A DNA stretch of 32,000 bases, taken from assembly GCF_003966335.1 (NCBI RefSeq), contig NZ_CP034549.1, forward strand, positions 900,001 through 932,000, read 5' to 3'. Below the pieces are notes generated by a model. It was not told the DNA's origin. It saw only the letters and a program-made list of their open reading frames with translations, and ran no database searches. Of the stretch, positions 1 to 8,626 are shown piece after piece (position 1 is the stretch's first letter; each line of letters begins with the position of its first letter). The translations under genes and the position numbers were made by a program. The stretch is from Nonlabens ponticola (GTDB taxonomy: Bacteria > Bacteroidota > Bacteroidia > Flavobacteriales > Flavobacteriaceae).

Positions 1-80
1 TTGTGATATTTTAACAAACGTCTTAACAAAGACTTGTGATTTGAATTATCTTTGTTCAAAAATATCTCTGTAGTTGAACA

Positions 81-464
81 ATGAAGCCTAACAAAACTAT
101 TGAATATCATTTTGGAAAGGTCGAGTATTATGACCACTACGTTATAGGTCGAGTCAATCAAGATCATACGGTAGATACAGCAGTTGCCAAAGCAATCCTC
201 ACAGATTTAAACAGCCATTATGGTAAAGAGCCATTTGTTTACATATCTAATCGCGCTTTTCATCATGACGTGGATATCTCTGTCTATAAGTTAGTCAATC
301 CTCGCCGTATTATAGGTATTGCCATAATCACGCCTAATAGGCATGAGATCATACCAAAAGCTTCTCAAGAGCAAGCCGCTTATGAGGGTTCTTTTGGGAT
401 ATTCCCTAATGAGGAAAGTGCAGTTTCCTGGGCTCAATCTTTTTTTGAGGACGACGATTCATAA
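81..464 (+). CDS. hypothetical protein (127 aa, acidic C-terminus)
   Basis: This is the only long ORF in the interval and it has an ATG start. A TAnnTTTG-like box (TATCTTTG, 47-54) lies about 26 nt upstream. I recognise no family. Confidence 0.5.
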   Translation: MKPNKTIEYHFGKVEYYDHYVIGRVNQDHTVDTAVAKAILTDLNSHYGKEPFVYISNRAFHHDVDISVYKLVNPRRIIGIAIITPNRHEIIPKASQEQAAYEGSFGIFPNEESAVSWAQSFFEDDDS

Positions 465-563
465 TAGGCATATCTACTCACTGTTCATATTTTTATCTGC
501 ATTGTTGATTACATTCTAGCTATAGACCTCACGCATCACCTACTAATCTTTTAAGTTTATGGT

Positions 564-1388
564 ATGAAGCAATACCACGACTTACTTAAACTTATACTGG
601 AAGAAGGAAACGATAAGGGCGACCGCACAGGTACTGGTACGCGCAGTATTTTTGGCCATCAAATGCGCTTCAATCTGCAGGATGGTTTCCCGCTGGTCAC
701 GACCAAAAAAGTGCATCTCAAGTCCATCATTTATGAGCTGCTGTGGTTGCTCAAGGGCGATACCAATGTCAAGTATTTACAAGAAAATGGCGTGCGCATC
801 TGGAATGAGTGGGCAAATAGTGATGGCGATTTAGGACCCGTTTATGGGCACCAATGGCGCAACTGGAATAGTGAGGAAATTGACCAGATCAAGGATGTGA
901 TCCGTACACTCAAGAATAATCCCAACAGCCGTCGCATGATGGTCACCGCGTGGAATCCCAGCGTGATGCCCGACACCAGCCAGAGTTTTGAGGCTAACGT
1001 CGCAGCAGGCAAAGCTGCCTTACCGCCATGTCATGCGTTTTTTCAGTTTTATGTAGCAAACAATAAATTGAGCTGCCAGTTATACCAGCGCAGTGCAGAT
1101 GTTTTCCTGGGCGTGCCATTCAATATTGCCAGCTATGCGCTGCTCACCATGATGATGGCGCAGGTTTGTGGCTATGAGTACGGTGATTTCATTCACTCTT
1201 TTGGCGATGTGCATATCTATGCAAACCACCACGAGCAGGTCAAGCTGCAGCTTTCAAGAGAGCCACGCACATTACCTACCATAAAGCTCAATCCAGAGAT
1301 CAAGGACTTGTTTGATTTTGATTATGAGGATTTCATGCTTGAAAATTACGATCCGCATCCTGCGATAAAGGGTAAGGTAGCTGTTTAA
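564..1388 (+). CDS. thyA: thymidylate synthase
   Basis: Classic ThyA motifs are present: [17 protein letters not shown], the catalytic-Cys context [27 protein letters not shown] and GDVHIY. The 274-aa length fits. Confidence 0.97.
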   Translation: MKQYHDLLKLILEEGNDKGDRTGTGTRSIFGHQMRFNLQDGFPLVTTKKVHLKSIIYELLWLLKGDTNVKYLQENGVRIWNEWANSDGDLGPVYGHQWRNWNSEEIDQIKDVIRTLKNNPNSRRMMVTAWNPSVMPDTSQSFEANVAAGKAALPPCHAFFQFYVANNKLSCQLYQRSADVFLGVPFNIASYALLTMMMAQVCGYEYGDFIHSFGDVHIYANHHEQVKLQLSREPRTLPTIKLNPEIKDLFDFDYEDFMLENYDPHPAIKGKVAV

Positions 1389-1512
1389 AAATTGGTTGAC
1401 CTGAGTGCGGCTGGTCATACCTTGTTTTCTTGATAAGAATTCATGAGGCAATCTTGCAGCGCAGTATAATTGTAGCACCGATTTATTTTGTTGTTCTCAA
1501 ACGGTTTGATGG

Positions 1513-1534
1513 TTACGCTTTCGCGAAAGCGTAA
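1513..1534. repeat. 22-bp perfect palindrome TTACGCTTTCGCGAAAGCGTAA (family P1, intergenic copy)
   Basis: I read it directly and it is its own reverse complement. It lies between thyA and egtB. Confidence 0.95.
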
Positions 1535-1631
1535 TTACAAAAACCATATTGCATCGTTTAGGTCACGCCTTTAACGCCAGCTTAGCACATCGCCGTTTTT
1601 TCTTATAGCTACAATATTCTAACTTTGAGAG

Positions 1632-2801
1632 GTGAACCGACCAGAATCCTACCTAGACTTTTTCAATCAGACGCGTGCCGCTACTGAAAATCTATGCAAG
1701 CCACTAGCTACCGAAGATTATGTGGTGCAGCCCATCGTTGATGTGTCGCCGCCCAAATGGCATCTGGGTCACACGACCTGGTTTTTTGAGGAGTTCTTGC
1801 TAGTGCCTTATTTGCCGCATTACGAGCGTTATGATGAGCGCTATGCCTACGTTTTTAATAGTTATTATGAGAGTATGGGCAAGCGTGTGGTGCGCACTGA
1901 TCGTGGTAATTTATCACGGCCTAGTGTTGCAGATGTTTACAAATATCGAGCGCACGTCAATGAACATATGCAAAAGTTACTGGCGAGCGAGCTGGCTACT
2001 GACGCAATACCAGTGATCGAGATAGGCATACACCATGAAAAACAGCATCAGGAATTATTGATGACTGATATCAAGTATATCCTAGGTAACAATCCGCTAC
2101 TACCAAAATACGGTGAGGTAGATCATGAAGTTTTTGTAGAAAATCATGAGCAGGAATGGATCGAGATGCCAGACGGTATTTATCATATAGGTCATGATAC
2201 TAAAGAGTTTTGCTATGATAATGAGTTGCCTAGACATCGGATTTTTCTAGAGCCGTATGCGCTGAGCAACAAACTGGTCACAAACGCAGATTGGATGGAA
2301 TTCATGCAGGCTGGTGGATATACAGAGGTGTTGCTGTGGCACACTGAAGGTTGGGATTGGGTTTCCAAGAACAATATAGCAGCACCCAATTATTGGCATA
2401 ATGATGAAAACGGTGAGTGGTTCAACTACACACTTAATGGGTATGAAAAGATAAATCTTGAGGCTGCCGTAACGCACATTTCCTATTACGAAGCTTTTGC
2501 TTTTGCACAATGGAAAGGCCTGCGCTTACCAACGGAATTTGAATGGGAAGCTGCGCAGGACAAACTAGATTACGGCAAGCGTTGGGAATGGACTGAAAGT
2601 GCCTATTTGCCTTATCCCAATTATCAGAAACCAGACGGCGCGCTAGGTGAGTACAACGGTAAGTTCATGGTCAATCAAAAGGTATTGCGAGGATATTCTA
2701 TCGCGACGCCAGACCATCATGCGCGACCTACTTACAGAAATTTTTTCCATCCTTATCTTAGATGGCAATTTACTGGTCTAAGACTGGCCAAATCAATATG
2801 A
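1632..2801 (+). CDS. egtB: EgtB-like hercynine sulfoxide synthase (DinB-like N-domain plus FGE-sulfatase-like C-domain), short form
   Basis: The N-terminal DinB-type motifs are PPKWHLGHTTWFFEEF and IHHEKQHQELL. The C-terminal FGE-like motifs are RLPTEFEWE, WEWTESAYLPYPNY and RNFFHP..RWQFTGLRLA. The start is a GTG. The gene is coupled to an EgtD homolog. Confidence 0.8.
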   Translation: MNRPESYLDFFNQTRAATENLCKPLATEDYVVQPIVDVSPPKWHLGHTTWFFEEFLLVPYLPHYERYDERYAYVFNSYYESMGKRVVRTDRGNLSRPSVADVYKYRAHVNEHMQKLLASELATDAIPVIEIGIHHEKQHQELLMTDIKYILGNNPLLPKYGEVDHEVFVENHEQEWIEMPDGIYHIGHDTKEFCYDNELPRHRIFLEPYALSNKLVTNADWMEFMQAGGYTEVLLWHTEGWDWVSKNNIAAPNYWHNDENGEWFNYTLNGYEKINLEAAVTHISYYEAFAFAQWKGLRLPTEFEWEAAQDKLDYGKRWEWTESAYLPYPNYQKPDGALGEYNGKFMVNQKVLRGYSIATPDHHARPTYRNFFHPYLRWQFTGLRLAKSI

Positions 2802-3760
2802 CAAAACAAGAAATATTTAAAAAGGAATTTGAGCAGCACGTACACGATGGTCTCAAAGCTTTTCCTAAGTACCTGAGTTCAAAATACATCTATGACGATA
2901 AAGGCGACAAATTATTCCAGCAAATCATGGATTTGCCCGAATACTATCTTACGGGCGCCGAGTATAATATTATTAACAAGCACAAAGCTGATTTAAGAGA
3001 AACCTTCTCAAGCGATAACGGTTTTGATCTGATAGAATTGGGTGCTGGCGATGGTAAGAAAACCAAGGTCTTGCTCAAAGAGTTGGTAGATAACAAGGTG
3101 GACTTCAAATATATACCTATCGATATAAGTCAAAGTGCTATTGATGAATTGAGTAATTCTTTGACCGATTTGTTTCCATCGCTCGATGTACAAGGCGAGC
3201 AAGGAACCTATTTTAAGGTGTTGGAAAAGCTGTCGCAATACACACAGCGACCTAAGGTAATCTTGGTATTGGGTTCTAACATCGGGAATCTAGAACATGA
3301 GAATGCCATTGAATTCTTGACGCAACTCAAGGATATCATGAGTGATCACGACAGCTTGTTTATGGGTTTTGACCAGAAGAAAGATCCGTTGACGATACAG
3401 AATGCCTACAGCGATTCACAAGGTGTAACACAGGAGTTTAATCGTAATTTACTATATCGCATAAATAAAGAGATGAATGGCAACTTTCCTGTGGAGCAAT
3501 TTGAACATTGGGAAGCCTATGATCCAGAAACTGGAACCGCAAAAAGCTACCTCATCGCCACAGAACCTTGTGAGGTAGAAATAGCAGATCTCAATCTAGC
3601 GGTATCGTTCAAAAAATGGGAAACAATCCATACAGAAATCTCGCAAAAGTATGATGACGATATAGTAGAATGGCTTTCAAAAAAAGCAGGATTAACTATT
3701 GCAGAGATTTATGAGGATGACCGAAAATATTTCAAGAATTATCTTCTGAAAAGAGCATAA
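2798..3760 (+). CDS. egtD: L-histidine N-alpha-methyltransferase (EgtD family)
   Basis: Motifs present are KYLSSKYIYDDKGDKLFQQIMDLPEYYLTGAE, ELGAGDGKKT and YIPIDIS. I chose the ATG at 2798 (MTKQEIF) because it forms an ATGA overlap with the egtB stop at 2799-2801. The ORF-track start at 2762 would overlap egtB by 40 nt. Confidence 0.85.
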   Translation: MTKQEIFKKEFEQHVHDGLKAFPKYLSSKYIYDDKGDKLFQQIMDLPEYYLTGAEYNIINKHKADLRETFSSDNGFDLIELGAGDGKKTKVLLKELVDNKVDFKYIPIDISQSAIDELSNSLTDLFPSLDVQGEQGTYFKVLEKLSQYTQRPKVILVLGSNIGNLEHENAIEFLTQLKDIMSDHDSLFMGFDQKKDPLTIQNAYSDSQGVTQEFNRNLLYRINKEMNGNFPVEQFEHWEAYDPETGTAKSYLIATEPCEVEIADLNLAVSFKKWETIHTEISQKYDDDIVEWLSKKAGLTIAEIYEDDRKYFKNYLLKRA

Positions 3761-3762
3761 AA

Positions 3763-3790
3763 AAATCCCTAGACTTTCATCTAGAGATTT
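3763..3790. terminator. hairpin between convergent egtD and the M43 protease gene
   Basis: The arms are AAATCCCTAGA and TCTAGAGATTT, an 11-bp stem with one mismatch, around the loop CTTTCA. It is flanked by A and T runs, so it could act in both directions. Confidence 0.5.
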
Positions 3791-3809
3791 TAAATTACTT
3801 TGTCCTTTT

Positions 3810-4832
3810 CTAGTTTCCAGCAAGAGCTGCTCTTGCACCACCTGGTGTAAATAGAGATCTCATTCTAGCCTTTTGACCGTTAGTAAACATGTACATGCAT
3901 GCATCGTTTGTGTAATCCATATAGTTCATCGTCATGTCTGCAGATCTACAGTTTGAAGTTGGGTAAGTAGGACAACCGTAGTTAGCTCTATCAGAAGATG
4001 GAGTGTCTGACACAAAGTCATCTTGACGACATCTACCATCACCCCAGATATGTCTCAAGTTCAAGTAGTGACCTACTTCATGAGTACCTGTACGACCCTC
4101 GTTGAATGGAGCTACCGCAGTACCAGTATTACCAAAGTACTGTGGAGAAATTACTACACCATCAGTTGCTGCAGGTCCACCTGGGAACTGCGCGTATCCT
4201 AGAATACCACCGCCTATATTACATACCCAGATGTTTAAAGCGTTAGCGGGATCTACTACATCAACACCACCATTTGCAGAGCTTTTCATGGCATTATTAG
4301 TTCCCCAAGAAGTGCGCGTAGATGCGGTTCTTGTAATTCCAGCTAGTGTAAATGAAACTTCTGAATCTGCGGCAGCTCCAGCAAACTGTGTAGGAACTTG
4401 ACCAGCATCAGAGTTAGTCTTTCTAAAGTCCTCATTCAACACTTGTATTTGAGAGTTGACTTGTGCGTCACTTATATTCTCTTGGTTATTAGAATAAATT
4501 ACGTGAACATATACAGGAATGTTTACAACGCCTAGGTTATCACCGGGATCGCTACCGCCACCACCATCAGTATCTCCACCACCTCTGGGTTTCTTGCGGG
4601 CTTTTTCAAGAGCTTCTGCTATATATTCTTGTGCTTGTTCTTCAATAAGTTCTGTGTTCTTTCTGAAATCTTCATCGAGAAGCATTTTTTCATAGTTCTC
4701 AGCAGCGAAACATTTACGCAATTCTGCAGTTTGTACACCATCATTGTTGATGTTAGCCTCTAGCTCCTGATCATTGCTTGAACAAGAAGCTAGAATGGCT
4801 GCTACGCTCAAGGATAAAAGAATTTTTTTCAT
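3810..4832 (-). CDS. secreted lipoprotein zinc metalloprotease, peptidase M43 (pappalysin-like)
   Basis: It has a signal peptide with lipobox (LASCSS) and a Gly/Asp-rich linker (RGGGDTDGGGGSDPGD). The zinc site HEVGHYLNLRHIWGD and the Cys-rich C-terminal part are typical of M43. Confidence 0.85.
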   Translation of the reverse strand: MKKILLSLSVAAILASCSSNDQELEANINNDGVQTAELRKCFAAENYEKMLLDEDFRKNTELIEEQAQEYIAEALEKARKKPRGGGDTDGGGGSDPGDNLGVVNIPVYVHVIYSNNQENISDAQVNSQIQVLNEDFRKTNSDAGQVPTQFAGAAADSEVSFTLAGITRTASTRTSWGTNNAMKSSANGGVDVVDPANALNIWVCNIGGGILGYAQFPGGPAATDGVVISPQYFGNTGTAVAPFNEGRTGTHEVGHYLNLRHIWGDGRCRQDDFVSDTPSSDRANYGCPTYPTSNCRSADMTMNYMDYTNDACMYMFTNGQKARMRSLFTPGGARAALAGN

Positions 4833-4998
4833 TTGAGTAAGGGTTTTAAATTTTAATGATCGTGGAATATAAATATATCCTTAACCAAAACTTAACAACT
4901 AAAAATGTTTTTTATGAATCCTTTGAAATTTTGGCAAAATTGATGTCATTCATCGAGATTTTTAATAGTTCTATTTGTAACTTGAAAACAAAAAGAAC

Positions 4999-5280
4999 AT
5001 GAAAGCAATTTGGAACGATAAAGTAATTGCAGAAAGCGATGATACTAAAGTGGTTGAAAACAATCATTATTTCCCACAGGATTCTATTAAGAAAGAATTC
5101 TTCTCAAAAACAGATCATCATACCAATTGTCCATGGAAAGGCGTGGCTAGTTACTATACCCTAGAAGTTGACGGCGACAAGAATGAAAATGCAGCCTGGT
5201 ATTATCCTGAACCGAAAGACGCTGCTAAAGAGATTGAGGACCATGTGGCTTTCTGGAAAGGCGTGCAGGTAGTTGATTAG
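4999..5280 (+). CDS. DUF427 domain protein
   Basis: The 93-aa protein shows the pattern NCPWKGVASYY...AAWYYPEP...VAFWKGV, which is characteristic of DUF427. Confidence 0.75.
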   Translation: MKAIWNDKVIAESDDTKVVENNHYFPQDSIKKEFFSKTDHHTNCPWKGVASYYTLEVDGDKNENAAWYYPEPKDAAKEIEDHVAFWKGVQVVD

Positions 5281-5310
5281 TTGATAGTTGACAGTTGACA
5301 GTTGACAGTT
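5271..5310. repeat. tandem heptamer AGTTGA(T/C), 5 copies plus a partial one
   Basis: The sequence reads AGTTGAT-t-AGTTGAT-AGTTGAC-AGTTGAC-AGTTGAC-AGTT. It overlaps the last codons and stop of the DUF427 gene and extends into the convergent spacer. Confidence 0.85.
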
Positions 5311-5367
5311 TAAAGTTATGGGTTGTCAGGCGTTTAATGTTGAATGCAGCGCGCACTATCGCTTAAC

Positions 5368-6057
5368 TTATGACTCAATCAACTTATACCCATAACCACG
5401 TACGTTCACTATTTCTAATGATGGATCGCTGGCCAGTTTTTTGCGCAGTTTTGATATGAACACATCCATACTACGACCAGAGAAAAAATCATCGTTGCCC
5501 CATAATTTTTGGAGAATGTACGAGCGATCCAAAACTTGATTTTTATTTTGTATCAAGTGATATAGCAAATGAGATTCTCTGTGGGTGAGCTTAACAGCAT
5601 CTTGTTCTTGATAAACCAGCTTTTGTTGCGGGAAATTGAATGAATAACCACCCAAACCAAATTCTTGAGAAGACGTTTGTACCTTTTTTCGATCTAGTAA
5701 ATTATGGATCCGTACTATCAGCTCTTCCATGGAGAAAGGCTTTTTAAGATAATCATTGCCACCTACATCAAATCCTTTAAGTACATCTTCTGTCTGAGAT
5801 TTTGCTGTAAGGAATACGATAGGTATTGCCTGATTATTGGCTCTTATCCTTTTAGCCAGTTCATAACCATCCATCTTAGGCATCATAACGTCTAGCACGG
5901 CAATGTCATAGCTTTCTTTTTCAAAAGCCTTATAAGCTGCGGCGCCATCCAGATGATGATCTACATAGAAGCTGCGGCTTTCCAGGCTTTCTTTAACAAT
6001 CATAGCTAGTGAGGGTTCATCCTCTGCAAAAAGTATTTTTATGGCTGGATTATTCAT
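5368..6057 (-). CDS. response regulator, OmpR/PhoB family (REC plus winged-helix)
   Basis: Receiver motifs are KILFAEDE, LDVMMPKMDG and LTAK. The C-terminal winged helix contains LTHRESHLL...VRGYGYKL. I chose the start at 6057 (MNNPAIKIL), which overlaps the upstream kinase stop by 8 nt. Confidence 0.9.
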   Translation of the reverse strand: MNNPAIKILFAEDEPSLAMIVKESLESRSFYVDHHLDGAAAYKAFEKESYDIAVLDVMMPKMDGYELAKRIRANNQAIPIVFLTAKSQTEDVLKGFDVGGNDYLKKPFSMEELIVRIHNLLDRKKVQTSSQEFGLGGYSFNFPQQKLVYQEQDAVKLTHRESHLLYHLIQNKNQVLDRSYILQKLWGNDDFFSGRSMDVFISKLRKKLASDPSLEIVNVRGYGYKLIES

Positions 6058-7549
6058 ATGGTAAGCTTGCTTTAAAGGTGGTAGGATCAAGGCTTAATGT
6101 TAATGTACCGCCGTGCTTTTCAATGATGGCTCTTGAATAAAACAATCCTATTCCATGACCTTTGACGTCGTGTTGATTGCCCTTGGATACCCGGTAGAAT
6201 TTTTCAAAAATCAGTTTTGAATTTTCACGGTTCAGTTTTTTGCCGTTGTCGCTTATAATGAGTTCAACAAGATTGCGATTTTTTTTCAGGCTTACCGTGA
6301 TAACATTACCACCATATTTTATGGCATTGTCAATCAAATTATTAATAGCATTATCAAGATAAAATTCATCACCATGGATAAGAATTTCTTCTTTGGGCAA
6401 ATCAACATTTACTTTTTTTTCGGTTTTATTTCTATTCACGGCACTTGATACCGTGGTGGTCATATCAAATCTGGTTTTGCGTAATAACAATTGTTCACTG
6501 TCAATGGTTGCTGTTTCAAGTAACTTTTCTACCATGACATTGAGTTTAACCAGCTGCTCGCGACCTATTTCTAAATATTTATCTGATTTTGCACTATCGG
6601 TGGTTCCAGTAAAATTTTGCACACCTTCTAGTGCCGCACTTGCGGTGGCAATGGGTGTTTTGAATTCGTGCGTGATATTACTAATCAAATCATTTTTTAC
6701 TTGGGTAATTTGTTTTTGTCGTTTGATGATTTGAAGAAGGTAGAATAAACAACCCATGACCACGAGTATTAGTATCAGGGACACTGATAATCCAGCAAGA
6801 TTACGTTTAAGGATAGTACTTGTTTGTCCACCGTAAACCATCTTAAGCTCACTATCTACTTTGATTAATATGTTATTGTTTGTAATCGTGTCTCCAGCAA
6901 TATTTCTATCTAGAGTAATTAATGAATCATTAAATGTATAGGCAAAATCATAATGAATATCAATCTTCTCATTCTGCAAATCAGTTTGCACAAGGCTGTC
7001 TAAAACCTCAAGATCAATTTCATTGTATTTATACGAGAAAACAACACGACTGCTAAATTCTAGTATCTCACCTTCAAGATTATCACTAGAAAATTTGAAA
7101 GATGTCGTGCCGCCTGTACTGTTTGCAGATTTCTCATTTTTCTTTTTAATATCGCCAAACAACATTTTCTCAGTTCCGTCTGAATAAAATTTATTAGGAG
7201 TCTCGTTAATCGTAGAATTGATTACTTGAATGCTATCTGGATCAACCAGTTCCTTGATACGCTCCTTAAATTGATTTTTGGGCAAATCAATAATCGTGAG
7301 AATCTCTTGGAATTTCGTCACTTTCTTAGAGCTGCTATCAGTAAATTGAGTCAGGTCAATTTTATTAGTGGTAGCTTGTAGTGTAAAGTAATCCTCGACG
7401 CTGTCATCCAGTATTTGCCTCACGTCTTGATTGAGATCCTGCTCACTTACCTCAAAATCTTTATATAATAAATAGACTTGCACGGCGATTGTAAGTAAGG
7501 TAACGATTGCTGCTAGTAATAGTAATCGGCTGTATTTTATTGCGTTCAT
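6050..7549 (-). CDS. sensor histidine kinase with a large extracytoplasmic domain
   Basis: There is an N-terminal TM segment, a roughly 230-aa unassigned sensor domain and a second TM segment. The H-box is ITHEFKTPIA. The ATPase motifs are the N-box DNAIKY and the G-boxes DNG and GHGIGL. Confidence 0.9.
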   Translation of the reverse strand: MNAIKYSRLLLLAAIVTLLTIAVQVYLLYKDFEVSEQDLNQDVRQILDDSVEDYFTLQATTNKIDLTQFTDSSSKKVTKFQEILTIIDLPKNQFKERIKELVDPDSIQVINSTINETPNKFYSDGTEKMLFGDIKKKNEKSANSTGGTTSFKFSSDNLEGEILEFSSRVVFSYKYNEIDLEVLDSLVQTDLQNEKIDIHYDFAYTFNDSLITLDRNIAGDTITNNNILIKVDSELKMVYGGQTSTILKRNLAGLSVSLILILVVMGCLFYLLQIIKRQKQITQVKNDLISNITHEFKTPIATASAALEGVQNFTGTTDSAKSDKYLEIGREQLVKLNVMVEKLLETATIDSEQLLLRKTRFDMTTTVSSAVNRNKTEKKVNVDLPKEEILIHGDEFYLDNAINNLIDNAIKYGGNVITVSLKKNRNLVELIISDNGKKLNRENSKLIFEKFYRVSKGNQHDVKGHGIGLFYSRAIIEKHGGTLTLSLDPTTFKASLPYE

Positions 7550-7588
7550 AATTCAAAGGTGCATGATTTTGAACCGTCAGAAAAATCG

Positions 7589-7614
7589 GTTAACACTCGT
7601 TAACGCTGGTTAAC
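7589..7614 (+). promoter_or_regulatory. three GTTAAC boxes in 10-bp phase (candidate response-regulator operator)
   Basis: GTTAAC occurs at 7589-7594, 7599-7604 and 7609-7614. The boxes lie in the divergent spacer between the kinase/regulator operon and the first GLPGLI gene, just upstream of a -7-like box. Confidence 0.45.
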
Positions 7615-7636
7615 TTTCATATCTTAGAAAGGGTCG

Positions 7637-7644
7637 CATATTTG
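7637..7644 (+). promoter_or_regulatory. candidate Bacteroidota -7 box (CATATTTG versus consensus TAnnTTTG)
   Basis: It is a near match to the consensus and lies 22 nt upstream of the ATG at 7667. Confidence 0.3.
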
Positions 7645-7666
7645 ACTTGTTAAAACGATAGAAACC

Positions 7667-8545
7667 ATGAAAAAACTAACTTTTTTATTGAGTGTTGTTG
7701 TTTATTTAGCTTTCGCGAAAGCTAACACAGCACGAGCACAACAAGAATTTAAAGGCGTTGCTTACTACACGAGCAAGACGACTTTTAAAATGAAAAAAGA
7801 TACCGCTAGTGTCAAGCAACAGGATCCTGAAAAGGCTGAAATGCAGGCGATGATTAGGGAGGCCTTCAAAAAAGGAAGCACCGCAGACTTTAAACTAGAA
7901 TTTTCTCAAACAGAGTCCATGTATGAGAAAGAGGTCGAGTTAGTGGCGCCAAAACCGTCAAGCGGCGCGAGCATCACTTTTTCATCTAGTGGACCAACAT
8001 CCAGCACCATTTATAAAAACTTGCAGGATCAGGAGTTTATCATGAAAGATCAAATCTTTGGTAAGGACTTTCTCATAACCGATAAATTAAAAACCTATCA
8101 ATGGCAACCTACTCAAGAGACAAAGCAGATAGGAAACTATACCTGCTATAAAGCTACTTACACGCCAGAGCTTACCGAGGAGCAGAAGAAAGCAAAAGAA
8201 GAGAAAAAAGAGGATGCCAAAAAAGGCAGCCTGTTTGCCCTAATGGATGATGTCGATCCTACTATCGAAGTATGGTACACTCCAGAAATTCCCATCGCCA
8301 ACGGTCCTGGTGAATATCATGGATTACCAGGTCTTATCCTTGAGGTCAAAGAGCGCAATACGATCCTTTTATGTACTAAAATCGTTATGAATCCAGAAGA
8401 GGATTTTGAAATTGATCAGCCTCGTGGTGGTAAGACAATTACTCAAGAAAAATTTGACGCCCTACAAAAGAAAAAAATGGAAGAGTATCAAAAGAAGAAC
8501 GGTACTAAGGGCTTTATAGTAAGAGAAGTGCGCACGTCAAATTAA
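7667..8545 (+). CDS. GLPGLI family protein (paralog 1)
   Basis: It has a signal peptide and the motifs QIGNYTCYKA, WYTPEIPIANGPGEYHGLPGLILEV and LLCTKI, which define the GLPGLI family. Confidence 0.85.
   Translation: MKKLTFLLSVVVYLAFAKANTARAQQEFKGVAYYTSKTTFKMKKDTASVKQQDPEKAEMQAMIREAFKKGSTADFKLEFSQTESMYEKEVELVAPKPSSGASITFSSSGPTSSTIYKNLQDQEFIMKDQIFGKDFLITDKLKTYQWQPTQETKQIGNYTCYKATYTPELTEEQKKAKEEKKEDAKKGSLFALMDDVDPTIEVWYTPEIPIANGPGEYHGLPGLILEVKERNTILLCTKIVMNPEEDFEIDQPRGGKTITQEKFDALQKKKMEEYQKKNGTKGFIVREVRTSN
7706..7725. repeat. P1 palindrome copy, TTAGCTTTCGCGAAAGCTAA, inside a CDS
   Basis: This 20-bp perfect palindrome encodes LAFAKAN in the signal-peptide region of GLPGLI paralog 1. Confidence 0.95.
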
Positions 8546-8626
8546 ACTTTAAGACTAGTGCATAAGTCTTAAAAAGATAGTGTAACACAAATAGAAAACT
8601 TGTTACCTATCTTTAAAAGAAAAACT

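Noticed and set aside
2762-2797. N-terminal extensions proposed by the ORF track (egtD from 2762, GLPGLI-2 from 8600, regulator from 6090, secreted protein from 20448, ileS from 24234)
   Set aside because: In each case an internal ATG gives a canonical N-terminus: a signal peptide, a receiver start or a family-typical start. The internal ATG also removes or minimises overlap with the neighbouring gene.
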